64,000 nt of DNA from Candidatus Shapirobacteria bacterium (GTDB lineage: Bacteria > Patescibacteriota > Microgenomatia > UBA12405 > BS750m-G30). The notes beneath the pieces were generated by a model. The model was not told the origin of the DNA. It did no database searches and saw only the letters and a program-made list of their open reading frames with translations. The position numbers were made by a program, and so were the translations under genes. Shown here one piece after another: positions 46,995-55,402 of the stretch. The DNA lies in the NCBI GenBank assembly GCA_043817235.1, contig JBDRHA010000008.1:112-64111 (forward strand), written 5' to 3'. Position 1 is the first letter of the stretch; each line of letters opens with the position of its first letter.

Positions 46995-47801
46995 AAAATA
47001 CCGAGCATAATCTGCTATGGTTCTAACACTATCCGGAATTTCAATTTTCTTTACGGGCAACATTTTTTCATCAAGATTAATATTTTCTTTTTTAAAAACC
47101 GCCACATCTATGTGGGCCAAATACTGATGGTTTTTTGTAGTTACGTACTTACTCTCTCCATGTTTAGAATTCAAAACAAACTCATAAGCCGATAGCCCAC
47201 CAGCAAATCCGCCATCTGATCTAATTTTAAATACTTTTAAAGTCAGATCATCAAAGAATTTAATAAAAATGTCTGATATTTTCTTGTACTCTTTTTGAAA
47301 ACTGGACTCGTCAGCGTGAAAGGAATAGGAGTCCATCATGGTAAATTCTTTCAGCCTTAGTAGCCCACGAGTATGATATTCATTCCTAAACTTCTTTCCA
47401 AACTGGAAAAAATTAACTGGTAAATCGTTACGAGCAATATTGTAATTTCTAATTAAATTTAAATACATCTCTTCCGGAGAAGCTGCCAAATTATATCTAG
47501 AACCACCACGATCAATTAAATTAGTTACAAAAAAATCCCCTAAATAATTACGCCTACTTTCCTCCCAAAGATTATTTGAATGAAAAAGAGGAAGCATGGT
47601 TTCTTGTGCTCCAATTTTCCACATATATTCCCCCAATAACCTAGTTACATTATGGAACACAATCATGCCGAGAGGCAAAAAATAATACCTTCCGTTTCTA
47701 TATTTTTGTATAAAACAGCCATTTCTCAAAAACTTTTCAACTGATCCTAACGAAGATTTACTTTTTTTATTAGTTTTAAAAAATATTTTTGATAGCCTCA
47801 T
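46985..47801 (-). pseudogene. Divergent bacterial-type ProRS, N-terminal fragment
   Basis: MRLSKIF, FLPLG, KFRNE, GLLRLKEFTMMDSYSFH; breaks off early in the insertion domain and runs antisense into the carbamoyltransferase. Confidence 0.8.
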
Positions 47802-47923
47802 TGATTTTACTTAATTCTATCATAGCTTTTAGTAATTATTTGGCCTTTAATGAAACATCTATGCCTTCGGCAATCTTGTCGAGATAGCTATAATTGAGAT
47901 TAATCACGCTGGTTATGAAATCT

Positions 47924-48022
47924 CTTTTTTATACTGTCTCACTTGTCTCACTTAGCCTCGAAATGATACACTAGAAATACTGAGTTATGAGGATAGAAAG
48001 GTCCTAGACCGGTATGCTCAGC
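47924..48022 (+). repeat. Island right-end motif R2
   Basis: CTTTTTTATACTGTCTCACTTGTCTCAC...GAAAGGTCCTAGACCGGTATGCTCAGC. Confidence 0.8.
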
Positions 48023-48075
48023 TGAAAAGAAATATCTGCCTTTCATAAATTCTGCCCATAAGGAGGTGAATTAAC

Positions 48076-48636
48076 ATAGCAAAAAAACAAGAAAGCTCTC
48101 TGCCTAGAGAACAAATTATCAGTACTATTCTAGGAATGGTGGTCGTAATCATTGTGGGCACTTTGGTTTATCGGTATTTTCAAAAGAATCAAGAGCAAGA
48201 ATCCATTACATCCGAAGATGCTAGCGAGCAAGAAGAGACAAGTTCGCCCGCATTAGAAAATTTACCCGCTACTTATACGGTCATAGCCGGAGACAATCTC
48301 TGGGAAATAGCGGAAAACTATTATCATTCAGGCTATAATTGGGTAGATATTGCAGAAGAAAACAGCTTAGCAAATCCCAATGGGCTGGAGATCGGACAGG
48401 AACTAATTATTCCAGATGTAGACCCCCGCCAGGTTACGGTAACTGCGGTTGCCGCCGGAGAAACGATTAGTCAAGGAACTTATACAGTTCAGGAAGGAGA
48501 TTGGCTGAGCAAGATTGCCCTGCGTGCTTATGGCGATATGTTTGCTTGGGAAAAAATTTATGAGGCAAACAAAAATACTATCGGACCCAATCCTAATCTA
48601 GTAGAGCCAGGTCAAGTCTTGACTATTCCGGAATAA
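48076..48636 (+). CDS. Membrane-anchored protein with two LysM domains
   Basis: YTVIAGDNLWEIA and YTVQEGDWLSKIA; SD AGGAGGTG then in-frame ATA at 48076 (first ATG 48136). Confidence 0.88.
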   Translation: MAKKQESSLPREQIISTILGMVVVIIVGTLVYRYFQKNQEQESITSEDASEQEETSSPALENLPATYTVIAGDNLWEIAENYYHSGYNWVDIAEENSLANPNGLEIGQELIIPDVDPRQVTVTAVAAGETISQGTYTVQEGDWLSKIALRAYGDMFAWEKIYEANKNTIGPNPNLVEPGQVLTIPE

Positions 48637-48654
48637 AATTAGAGAATATTTGGC

Positions 48655-48725
48655 GCGGGTGTGGTTCAGTGGTAGAATAGCTCCTTCCCAAGGAGCAGAC
48701 GGCAGTTCAATTCTGCTCACCCGCT
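48655..48725 (+). tRNA. tRNA-Gly(CCC)
   Basis: GCGGGTG/CACCCGC acceptor, loop TTCCCAA; no full CCA. Confidence 0.92.
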
Positions 48726-48939
48726 CATCTCGCCCACGGGGCGGATGAGCGAGGCTCGCCAAAGGCGGCCCGCTCCTTGAGTTTAAATGAAGGCTAGCAC
48801 TTATATTCTCCAAAGAGTGAGTATTTTTAAAAAAAAGTTGGCCATAAAATCACACTTAATTCTGGCTTGAACCAGATTTTTTTGTTTTTAGGAGTTAGCC
48901 TGGAAGTGGAAAATACTGGTAACGAGAGTCGAACCTAAA

Positions 48940-49707
48940 TCAATCTTTTTTCAATGTAGCGGATATTCTCCTTGCGAACCTAAGTAGTCTCTCTTGATAA
49001 TTCTTGTTTAACTTAAATATTTTAATAAAAAGTTCAAGACCTTCTCCCATATATTTAATTGAAGTTATTCCGGATTCCATTACATAACCTGGGACAGGAC
49101 CGCCTTTAAACATAAATAGCTTATTTGCATGATCAATGCCTGCAAAATATTCATTCAAACTATTAATATCTGAGTGCTCAAGAGAAGATGCTAGATTATA
49201 TATAAAGTCGTAGTCCCACTTTAAGCCAACGTCTTCTGCCATTTTCCATATCTTTTTACCAGACCAACTATATTTATCTGAAAACCTTCTTTCAATCTTC
49301 TTGTATGAGGAGTTAATTTCTTTCTCGTCAGTTAAAACTTTTAAAAAATGGCTTTTTTGTTCCGGGTATTTCTGCGCTATATCTAAAAATCTCTTTCTTA
49401 AAACCGTGTTGTAATGAATGAATCTTTTGGCCCTAGTCTTTGGCTTAGATTCAATTATCCATTTACAACTAATTAAATTATTCAACATACTTCGAACAAC
49501 AATCATTGCATCCATTCCATAGCTCTTTTTAACAAGTTCCAAAACTGCTTTGGTTGACGTATATAACTTAGTTACCTGTAAAAACAGCAGCGTTTTACCA
49601 TAGTCTTTCTTCCCAATCATAATTGAAGGCTCGTTCATTACTTCATCAGCGAATCTATTTATCCAATTAAGATGCCTTACGATTATCTTATGTTGATTTT
49701 TATCCAT
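48940..49707 (-). CDS. DUF5677-like (HEPN-related) protein
   Basis: AMIVVRSMLN ... IYNLASSLEHSD pattern. Confidence 0.55.
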   Translation of the reverse strand: MDKNQHKIIVRHLNWINRFADEVMNEPSIMIGKKDYGKTLLFLQVTKLYTSTKAVLELVKKSYGMDAMIVVRSMLNNLISCKWIIESKPKTRAKRFIHYNTVLRKRFLDIAQKYPEQKSHFLKVLTDEKEINSSYKKIERRFSDKYSWSGKKIWKMAEDVGLKWDYDFIYNLASSLEHSDINSLNEYFAGIDHANKLFMFKGGPVPGYVMESGITSIKYMGEGLELFIKIFKLNKNYQERLLRFARRISATLKKD

Positions 49708-49825
49708 GCATCCCCGAAGGGCGATCCCTGTGGCCAAGATGGATCATTTTCGTGTCATCGGTTTTCTAATGTTAAGCCAACTTCGCAATAGAAATCACCC
49801 GGTAAATTGAGTATACCACTGAAAA

Positions 49826-50341
49826 TTATTTCTTGACTTCATATCGAAGTTCAACAATTCCGTCAGTTATTTTTTCAGCACCAATAAATTCTAGCTTGAG
49901 TTCAAAATCATCGGGTTGAAAAACCGGAATGCCATTTCCCAAAATCGACGGATTAACATCAAGGATAACTTCGTCGATAAGATCTCTTTTGGCAAACTCG
50001 CTGTTAATTGTTGCTCCACCCGTGATTATGGCTTCTTTAAATCCAGTCCTCTCTAAGATTTCCAAAGCTTCTTCTGGGGAATGTGCTAACTCAAATCCTT
50101 CTTTCAGATCAATATTTGATCTAGAAATAATAATCTTTTTTGTTTTTTCTAAATCTTTTAAATAATTCCCGTCCCATTTGCTTACAGCCTCATATGTTTT
50201 TCTGCCCCACATAAAACACCCAATCCGTTTCGCTAACTTTACAAATTGAATCCAGTTCGTATGTGAAAGAAAATCCTCACTGCCAGTTTTTGAAGCAATA
50301 ATTCCATTTGCAGAAATGGCCATTGTAAGAATAACCTTCAT
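49826..50341 (-). CDS. DHFR/RibD C-terminal domain protein
   Basis: MAISANGII, WGRKTYE, GGATIN, LIDEV, GNGIPVF. Confidence 0.88.
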   Translation of the reverse strand: MKVILTMAISANGIIASKTGSEDFLSHTNWIQFVKLAKRIGCFMWGRKTYEAVSKWDGNYLKDLEKTKKIIISRSNIDLKEGFELAHSPEEALEILERTGFKEAIITGGATINSEFAKRDLIDEVILDVNPSILGNGIPVFQPDDFELKLEFIGAEKITDGIVELRYEVKK

Positions 50342-50495
50342 ATCTTGATTTTATCAAAAATCTCCTTAAACAAACAGAAATCAACAGTCTTGATCTGTTT
50401 TTTAAACCTCGTTCAGACTTGGTTGTAGGGTGTGAATTGATATGGTAATCTAGTTTGGGTAGATTCGGACGAAACAATGACACTTTTACCTAACA

Positions 50496-51230
50496 ATGTA
50501 TAAAAAACGATTATCTTTAAAAGAAATTAGCTTTTATACGCTACTTCAAAGCGATCCGAATTTTTCTTACATTCTGTTCCCAAAGAAAATTGAAAATAAT
50601 ATTGGTTACTTTTCACTACTTCAGTCGGGAAATTTACTTGGTAAAGACAAAAAGTTTTATGTTTTAGCAATGCAGTCTATTGCCAAATTCCACCATTTCA
50701 TTAAGACCCAGACAACTTCTTTTATTGAAGATAATAGAGACTATTATGCCCGCTCTTTAGAAAATACTATCAATTACGCTTCTGATCAAAATATTACATT
50801 GCCAGCCCAACAGGTAAGCGAGCTTCAGGTTTCATTGAAACTAATCGAAAATAATTTTCAACTGATACATGATGACTTCTTGCCACAAAACGTGCTTGTT
50901 GATCATGAAGATGTAAAGATTATTGACTGGGAAGATATGCGATATGGCTTTGCAGAACACGATATAGGAAGATTTCTTGGAGACCTACATAGCAATAAGC
51001 CAAGATGGAACAAGAAGTATTACCCTTTAGGTTGGCATAGTTCACTACTCGATGCATATCTAGAACACAGGTTGCAATTAGACTCAGACTATGACATTCA
51101 ATTAGGAAGACGCTTAATTCACTTGGGAGAAATGTGGAATTATTTAGGGCCTATTGAAATGTGTCTAAAGCGAAAACAAATAAAGACAGATTGGTTCTTG
51201 GAAAATTTGAAAGCCCTGGGAAATAGTTGA
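50496..51230 (+). CDS. APH/choline-kinase-like phosphotransferase
   Basis: LIHDDFLPQNVL, IIDWE; N-terminus may be incomplete. Confidence 0.75.
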   Translation: MYKKRLSLKEISFYTLLQSDPNFSYILFPKKIENNIGYFSLLQSGNLLGKDKKFYVLAMQSIAKFHHFIKTQTTSFIEDNRDYYARSLENTINYASDQNITLPAQQVSELQVSLKLIENNFQLIHDDFLPQNVLVDHEDVKIIDWEDMRYGFAEHDIGRFLGDLHSNKPRWNKKYYPLGWHSSLLDAYLEHRLQLDSDYDIQLGRRLIHLGEMWNYLGPIEMCLKRKQIKTDWFLENLKALGNS

Positions 51231-51297
51231 TGCGGTTTTTGCTTAAGGTTTGCCAAAATACTTCTTTAATTAGTAAAATAGTGTGTCTTTTGATATC

Positions 51298-51316
51298 AAC
51301 ATGACTATAGGATGTT
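51298..51316. repeat. 19-bp quasi-palindrome, copy 2
   Basis: Identical to 9662-9680. Confidence 0.75.
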
Positions 51317-51333
51317 GGAGTTATTAAAAACTT

Positions 51334-53286
51334 TTAAAGAGCATACAATCTAGCTTCTATCCCGTTAGAAACAATTCTTGCCCTCTTTAATGGCGCCAGC
51401 TTCTGAAAATTTAAATTGTCTAGGCCGCTCTCTGGGTCTCTTGGGAATAAGCAAAGGAGACCTTTTTCAGCGCACAGTGTCTGAATATGTCCATCTTCCT
51501 CTAAAGCGTTCGCAGAACAAATCACCACTGCTCCTTTTTGCGGTAGGCTGCGAATATCTCCTTCTGAAGAAAACATAAAATTAGTCTCAAAAATAACAAG
51601 TCCTTTCTTGCAACGATTGTCTGAAGCTTTATCTAAGACTGATAGCTGAAAATCACCAACCCCCACTCCGGTGCCTGAAAATAAAACAGGTTTATCCGGA
51701 AATTTAACTTCGCAAGCTTGACAGAATGAGTCTTCTGGCAATTGCCTGACTTGGACTATACTCAATCCTAGATATTTATCTTGGGCAAATTCAATTTGAA
51801 CTGGACCTCCCCAAACTCTTTCCAAAATAGCAGAAATTCTGCTAACCCTAACAAGCAGGAATGGGTCCACTTTATTTCGATCGGGCAAGAAGTGAAATAT
51901 ATCTCTAAAAATAGGGTTAAGGCTATATCTCAAACCGAAAAAAAAGTCATTCTCGTCTCTTCTAGTATAATTTCGGCTTGTTCCGGTTACTATCTCCATT
52001 AGATTTGGAACTCCAGGAGTTACGGAATTTGCATATCCTTTTCTGGGTCTTTCGCAACTGTCATTCTTCTCAATATCCTCAGCAACATACTTTTGAACAA
52101 TAAGACCCATTTCTTCTGTGGAAATTCCATTTTCGGCACGATAATCCTTTGCCTTTTGACTTTTAACTGATTTATATACTTTTATTGCTGCTTGCTTAAA
52201 ATCTTCAAAAGTAGAACCGGCATGCACTACAACTGACTCATAAATTCCAGCTCCCGTTACTTTTTTTCCGTCTTCAGAACAAACAGCGCTGCTCCTTACA
52301 ATGTAATCAGCCGAAACCATGTTATCAGAAGATAAGCCTCTTCTCTTTGTCAAATTATTCGCCCAATTAAAAATCAAGCGTAATTGTTCATCAATATCTT
52401 TGCCTTCTTTCCAATTCTGGAAAACATAGACAGGCACAAGTCTAAAATCCGGCACACAAAACATTAATTCTAAAACATCACCTCCCATGTACTCTTTAAT
52501 CGACTCTACTAAATCATTAGCCATAACTAAATTAGCCGCTTTAGCCCCAAATTGCTCACGCAACTCGTCAAAAATTTTTTGGTCAATAGCTGGTAATTGT
52601 TCAAGTCTTAGTTCAAGCTGATATCTCCTTATCCCAGCTTCTGCTATTCTAGCAGCCCTTTGGATCCCGAAGGAACTGTAAACATAGTCACCTGAAATAA
52701 GCTCAACATCCACCAAATGGCTAACTAGATTCTCCCAGCTTTGCTCTACTAGCACCGATTCAATCTTGGAGCGAAACGAGAAAGAGAATTTATTAACATG
52801 CTCTAGCAATTTATGCCGAAGAGCTGTTGCTAAACGCGCCCTTTCCCTTAAATTCGGCTCAGACTGAACTTGAGTAACAAGCTCAGCTATTCGTCTTTCA
52901 TCTATTCTCACTTGAATATTATCGTAATACTCACGGGCAAGTTTATTCGGGTCTGGTTTTTCAGTATACAGCGACATACCGCCTAAATAATGAATGTGCT
53001 CAATAGTGGTGACTATTTCCAAAGCATGTTTTAGGCCAACCCGAATTTCTTCAGTATCTGCACTTTCCAAAGCTTGGTCAGCAATTAATTGCTCGAAATC
53101 TGCTTTTATATCCCAAGAACGAACCTGTAGCCGCCTAATACGATCATGAGGCAGATCCAGTAAACAGCTAATTGTTACCTCGAGCGAATCCAGAGAAGGA
53201 TCAGCCATTTGCCGATAAAAATTAAATAAATCACTGCTGGATTCCCAATTACTTAGAAAAAATTCTTTCTTTAATTCCGTACTCAT
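51334..53286 (-). CDS. Divergent PEP-synthase/PPDK nucleotide-binding domain protein
   Basis: FGAKAANL, IVRSSA, GAGIYES, MGLIVQKY, IEFA, IVQVRQL; possible phospho-His (GHIQ). Confidence 0.65.
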   Translation of the reverse strand: MSTELKKEFFLSNWESSSDLFNFYRQMADPSLDSLEVTISCLLDLPHDRIRRLQVRSWDIKADFEQLIADQALESADTEEIRVGLKHALEIVTTIEHIHYLGGMSLYTEKPDPNKLAREYYDNIQVRIDERRIAELVTQVQSEPNLRERARLATALRHKLLEHVNKFSFSFRSKIESVLVEQSWENLVSHLVDVELISGDYVYSSFGIQRAARIAEAGIRRYQLELRLEQLPAIDQKIFDELREQFGAKAANLVMANDLVESIKEYMGGDVLELMFCVPDFRLVPVYVFQNWKEGKDIDEQLRLIFNWANNLTKRRGLSSDNMVSADYIVRSSAVCSEDGKKVTGAGIYESVVVHAGSTFEDFKQAAIKVYKSVKSQKAKDYRAENGISTEEMGLIVQKYVAEDIEKNDSCERPRKGYANSVTPGVPNLMEIVTGTSRNYTRRDENDFFFGLRYSLNPIFRDIFHFLPDRNKVDPFLLVRVSRISAILERVWGGPVQIEFAQDKYLGLSIVQVRQLPEDSFCQACEVKFPDKPVLFSGTGVGVGDFQLSVLDKASDNRCKKGLVIFETNFMFSSEGDIRSLPQKGAVVICSANALEEDGHIQTLCAEKGLLCLFPRDPESGLDNLNFQKLAPLKRARIVSNGIEARLYAL

Positions 53287-53408
53287 GATTTAATATATTA
53301 ACGCAAATTATACTATAAGATTATTATCATATTAAAGCTATGGAATTTAAAATATTCTATAATTGTTTGCTAAAAGGATTTATTCCTTAGTAAAATAAGA
53401 TACCACTT

Positions 53409-53482
53409 GCCGGAGTAGCTCAGTTGGCTAGAGCACCCCACTCGTAACGGGGAGGTCGTGGGTTCAACTCCCACCTCTGGCT
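53409..53482 (+). tRNA. tRNA-Thr(CGT)
   Basis: Cloverleaf, loop CTCGTAA, GGTTCAACTCC. Confidence 0.93.
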
Positions 53483-53527
53483 CAATTTGCATTTTACCCT
53501 TTTGTTTTTTAAAATCATATACATTTA

Positions 53528-54262
53528 ATGAACAATAGATATTCGGGAAGAAGGTTTTCTGTTTCCAAAAATAATCTTAAAGATAAAAATAGCCAGCGGT
53601 TAGCTATTTTATTGGGCCTGACAACAGTATTGATTATTGTTGGCATTTTGCTCGGCGGCATTCCCCTTTTAATGGGCCTGGCCAACTTATTGGGCAACAT
53701 CAATAACAGTGATCAGGAAATCACTCAAGAAGATACGGTTCCTCCCGTCCCGCCCACATTTTTTGCCGTCACCGAAGCTACTAATAGCGCGATCCTAAAG
53801 CTAAGTGGCTCAAGTGAGCCCGAATCCAAAGTTGAAATCTATCTGAATAATAATCTTCTTCTTGCCACTCAGGCTGACGAGCAAGGCTTATTTAGCGTAG
53901 AAAAAGTAACTCTAGAAAAAGGAACAAACACCTTAACCGCCAAAGCCCTTGACGCTTCTGAAAATCAAAGCCAAAATTCCGAGGAAGCAAAAATTGTTTT
54001 TGATGATCAGCCGCCGCAGCTGGAAATTACTGCTCCGGAAGACAAAAGCACAGTTTATAGCCAAACAGTGGAAGTCAAAGGAATATCCGAGTCGGAAAAT
54101 ATTAAAATTACGGTAAATGACCGACTAGTTGTGATTGAAAAAGAGGGAGAGTTTACCTATCCTTATGAGCTAAGCCAGGGAGAGAATAAAATTACGGTTG
54201 TTGCCGAAGACCTGGCCGGAAACCAAACTGAAAAAGAGCTAACCGTCAACTACCAGCCCTAA
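53528..54262 (+). CDS. Membrane-anchored Ig-like repeat protein
   Basis: TM helix, DTVPP, two G.N.l...a.D.agN repeats. Confidence 0.8.
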   Translation: MNNRYSGRRFSVSKNNLKDKNSQRLAILLGLTTVLIIVGILLGGIPLLMGLANLLGNINNSDQEITQEDTVPPVPPTFFAVTEATNSAILKLSGSSEPESKVEIYLNNNLLLATQADEQGLFSVEKVTLEKGTNTLTAKALDASENQSQNSEEAKIVFDDQPPQLEITAPEDKSTVYSQTVEVKGISESENIKITVNDRLVVIEKEGEFTYPYELSQGENKITVVAEDLAGNQTEKELTVNYQP

Positions 54263-55402
54263 AATAATCCAAAATTCTACTATTGCCCACGGGTAAAAAA
54301 GGGAATTATTAAAAAAACTGCTAATAATCCAGGAAACAAGGATAGCGCTTATTAGTAAATTTCTTTTTTTAATAACTTTTATCCAAAAATAAGAAAAAGC
54401 GGCAAAGCCCAGAACCCCGGTGGTCGCCAAAACAAAAAGTAAAGAATTATCAACGCCGGTTGACCCGTGGTCTTCTTGACTCTTGCTTTCCAAATAACCC
54501 GCTTCTTGCTGAGCAAAACGATAATTATTAAAACCCACGCCCAATAGAGGGTTTTTCTTAATAATTTGGAAAGAGTTTTTCCAGCTTTCTACCCTGGAAA
54601 ACCAGCTATCCTGCCTTTCCAATTTAGTGCCAATCCCTTCTTTACGAGGTAAAAAAAGCAAAGCCAAAACCAATAAAGAAACTGAGATTATAAATATCTT
54701 CCCGTTCTTTTTTACTAAAGCAATAAGCCCGATTGCTCCCAAAAAGGCCAAATAAGTGCTTCGGCTATAAGTTAATATTAAAGCCAAAAAAATAGGAGCA
54801 ATCCAAAAAATTATAATCTTTAAATCAAGCTTCGCTATTTTTTTCCAAAACAGAACCAGTATAAGAATTAAAGACCAAGCATAGATTAAGCCAGTAAAAC
54901 CCGGGTCAAAATAAGTTCCCACTATCCTGTATAAATGAGGATCCCAGCCAAATAGCTCCCATGAGCGAAAATCCGGGTAAACAAAATACTGAATTAATCC
55001 CATTACTGCCGTAATCCAACCTATTGTCAAAAGCAGTTTTAGCAGTTTATTTTTATTTTCTTTAGATAAATAAACAGCAGACAAGAAAATAAACAAATAA
55101 GCTAAATAGCGAACTAGATATAGGCTGCCCAAAATTGAATTTTTCACTCCCCAGCGACCAAGGTTTATCAGCAGAGAGGCAAAGCAAATAACTAGAAAAG
55201 GCAAAAAAATTTTAAAAATAGGAGAGTTGATTAATTTTCTAAAGCCTTGTTTTTTTAGTAAAACAAAGCTAAGGACTAAGATAAGCAAGTCATGAGCATA
55301 GATATGAACAAATGGCCAGCTTATTGGCAAGCGAGTCCACTGACCTAAAGGAAAAATCGCCAAAATAGCAATAAGAAGTAAGTTAATTTTTTTCATTGGC
55401 AA
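54239..55402 (-). CDS. O-antigen ligase/polymerase family protein
   Basis: Multi-TM, LTYSRS, NPLLGVGFNNY, TGVLG. Confidence 0.82.
   Translation of the reverse strand: MPMKKINLLLIAILAIFPLGQWTRLPISWPFVHIYAHDLLILVLSFVLLKKQGFRKLINSPIFKIFLPFLVICFASLLINLGRWGVKNSILGSLYLVRYLAYLFIFLSAVYLSKENKNKLLKLLLTIGWITAVMGLIQYFVYPDFRSWELFGWDPHLYRIVGTYFDPGFTGLIYAWSLILILVLFWKKIAKLDLKIIIFWIAPIFLALILTYSRSTYLAFLGAIGLIALVKKNGKIFIISVSLLVLALLFLPRKEGIGTKLERQDSWFSRVESWKNSFQIIKKNPLLGVGFNNYRFAQQEAGYLESKSQEDHGSTGVDNSLLFVLATTGVLGFAAFSYFWIKVIKKRNLLISAILVSWIISSFFNNSLFYPWAIVEFWIILGLVVDG

Larger units (their letters stand above)
38529..48022. mobile_element. Island 2, tandem to island 1, with large serine recombinase
   Basis: Bounded by L2 (38529-38616) and R2 (47924-48022). 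Confidence 0.7.

Noticed and set aside
48915-48940. tRNA-like fragment (minus strand GGTTCGACTCTCGTTACCA)
   Set aside because: Too short, wrong orientation and poor match to the adjacent tRNA-Gly
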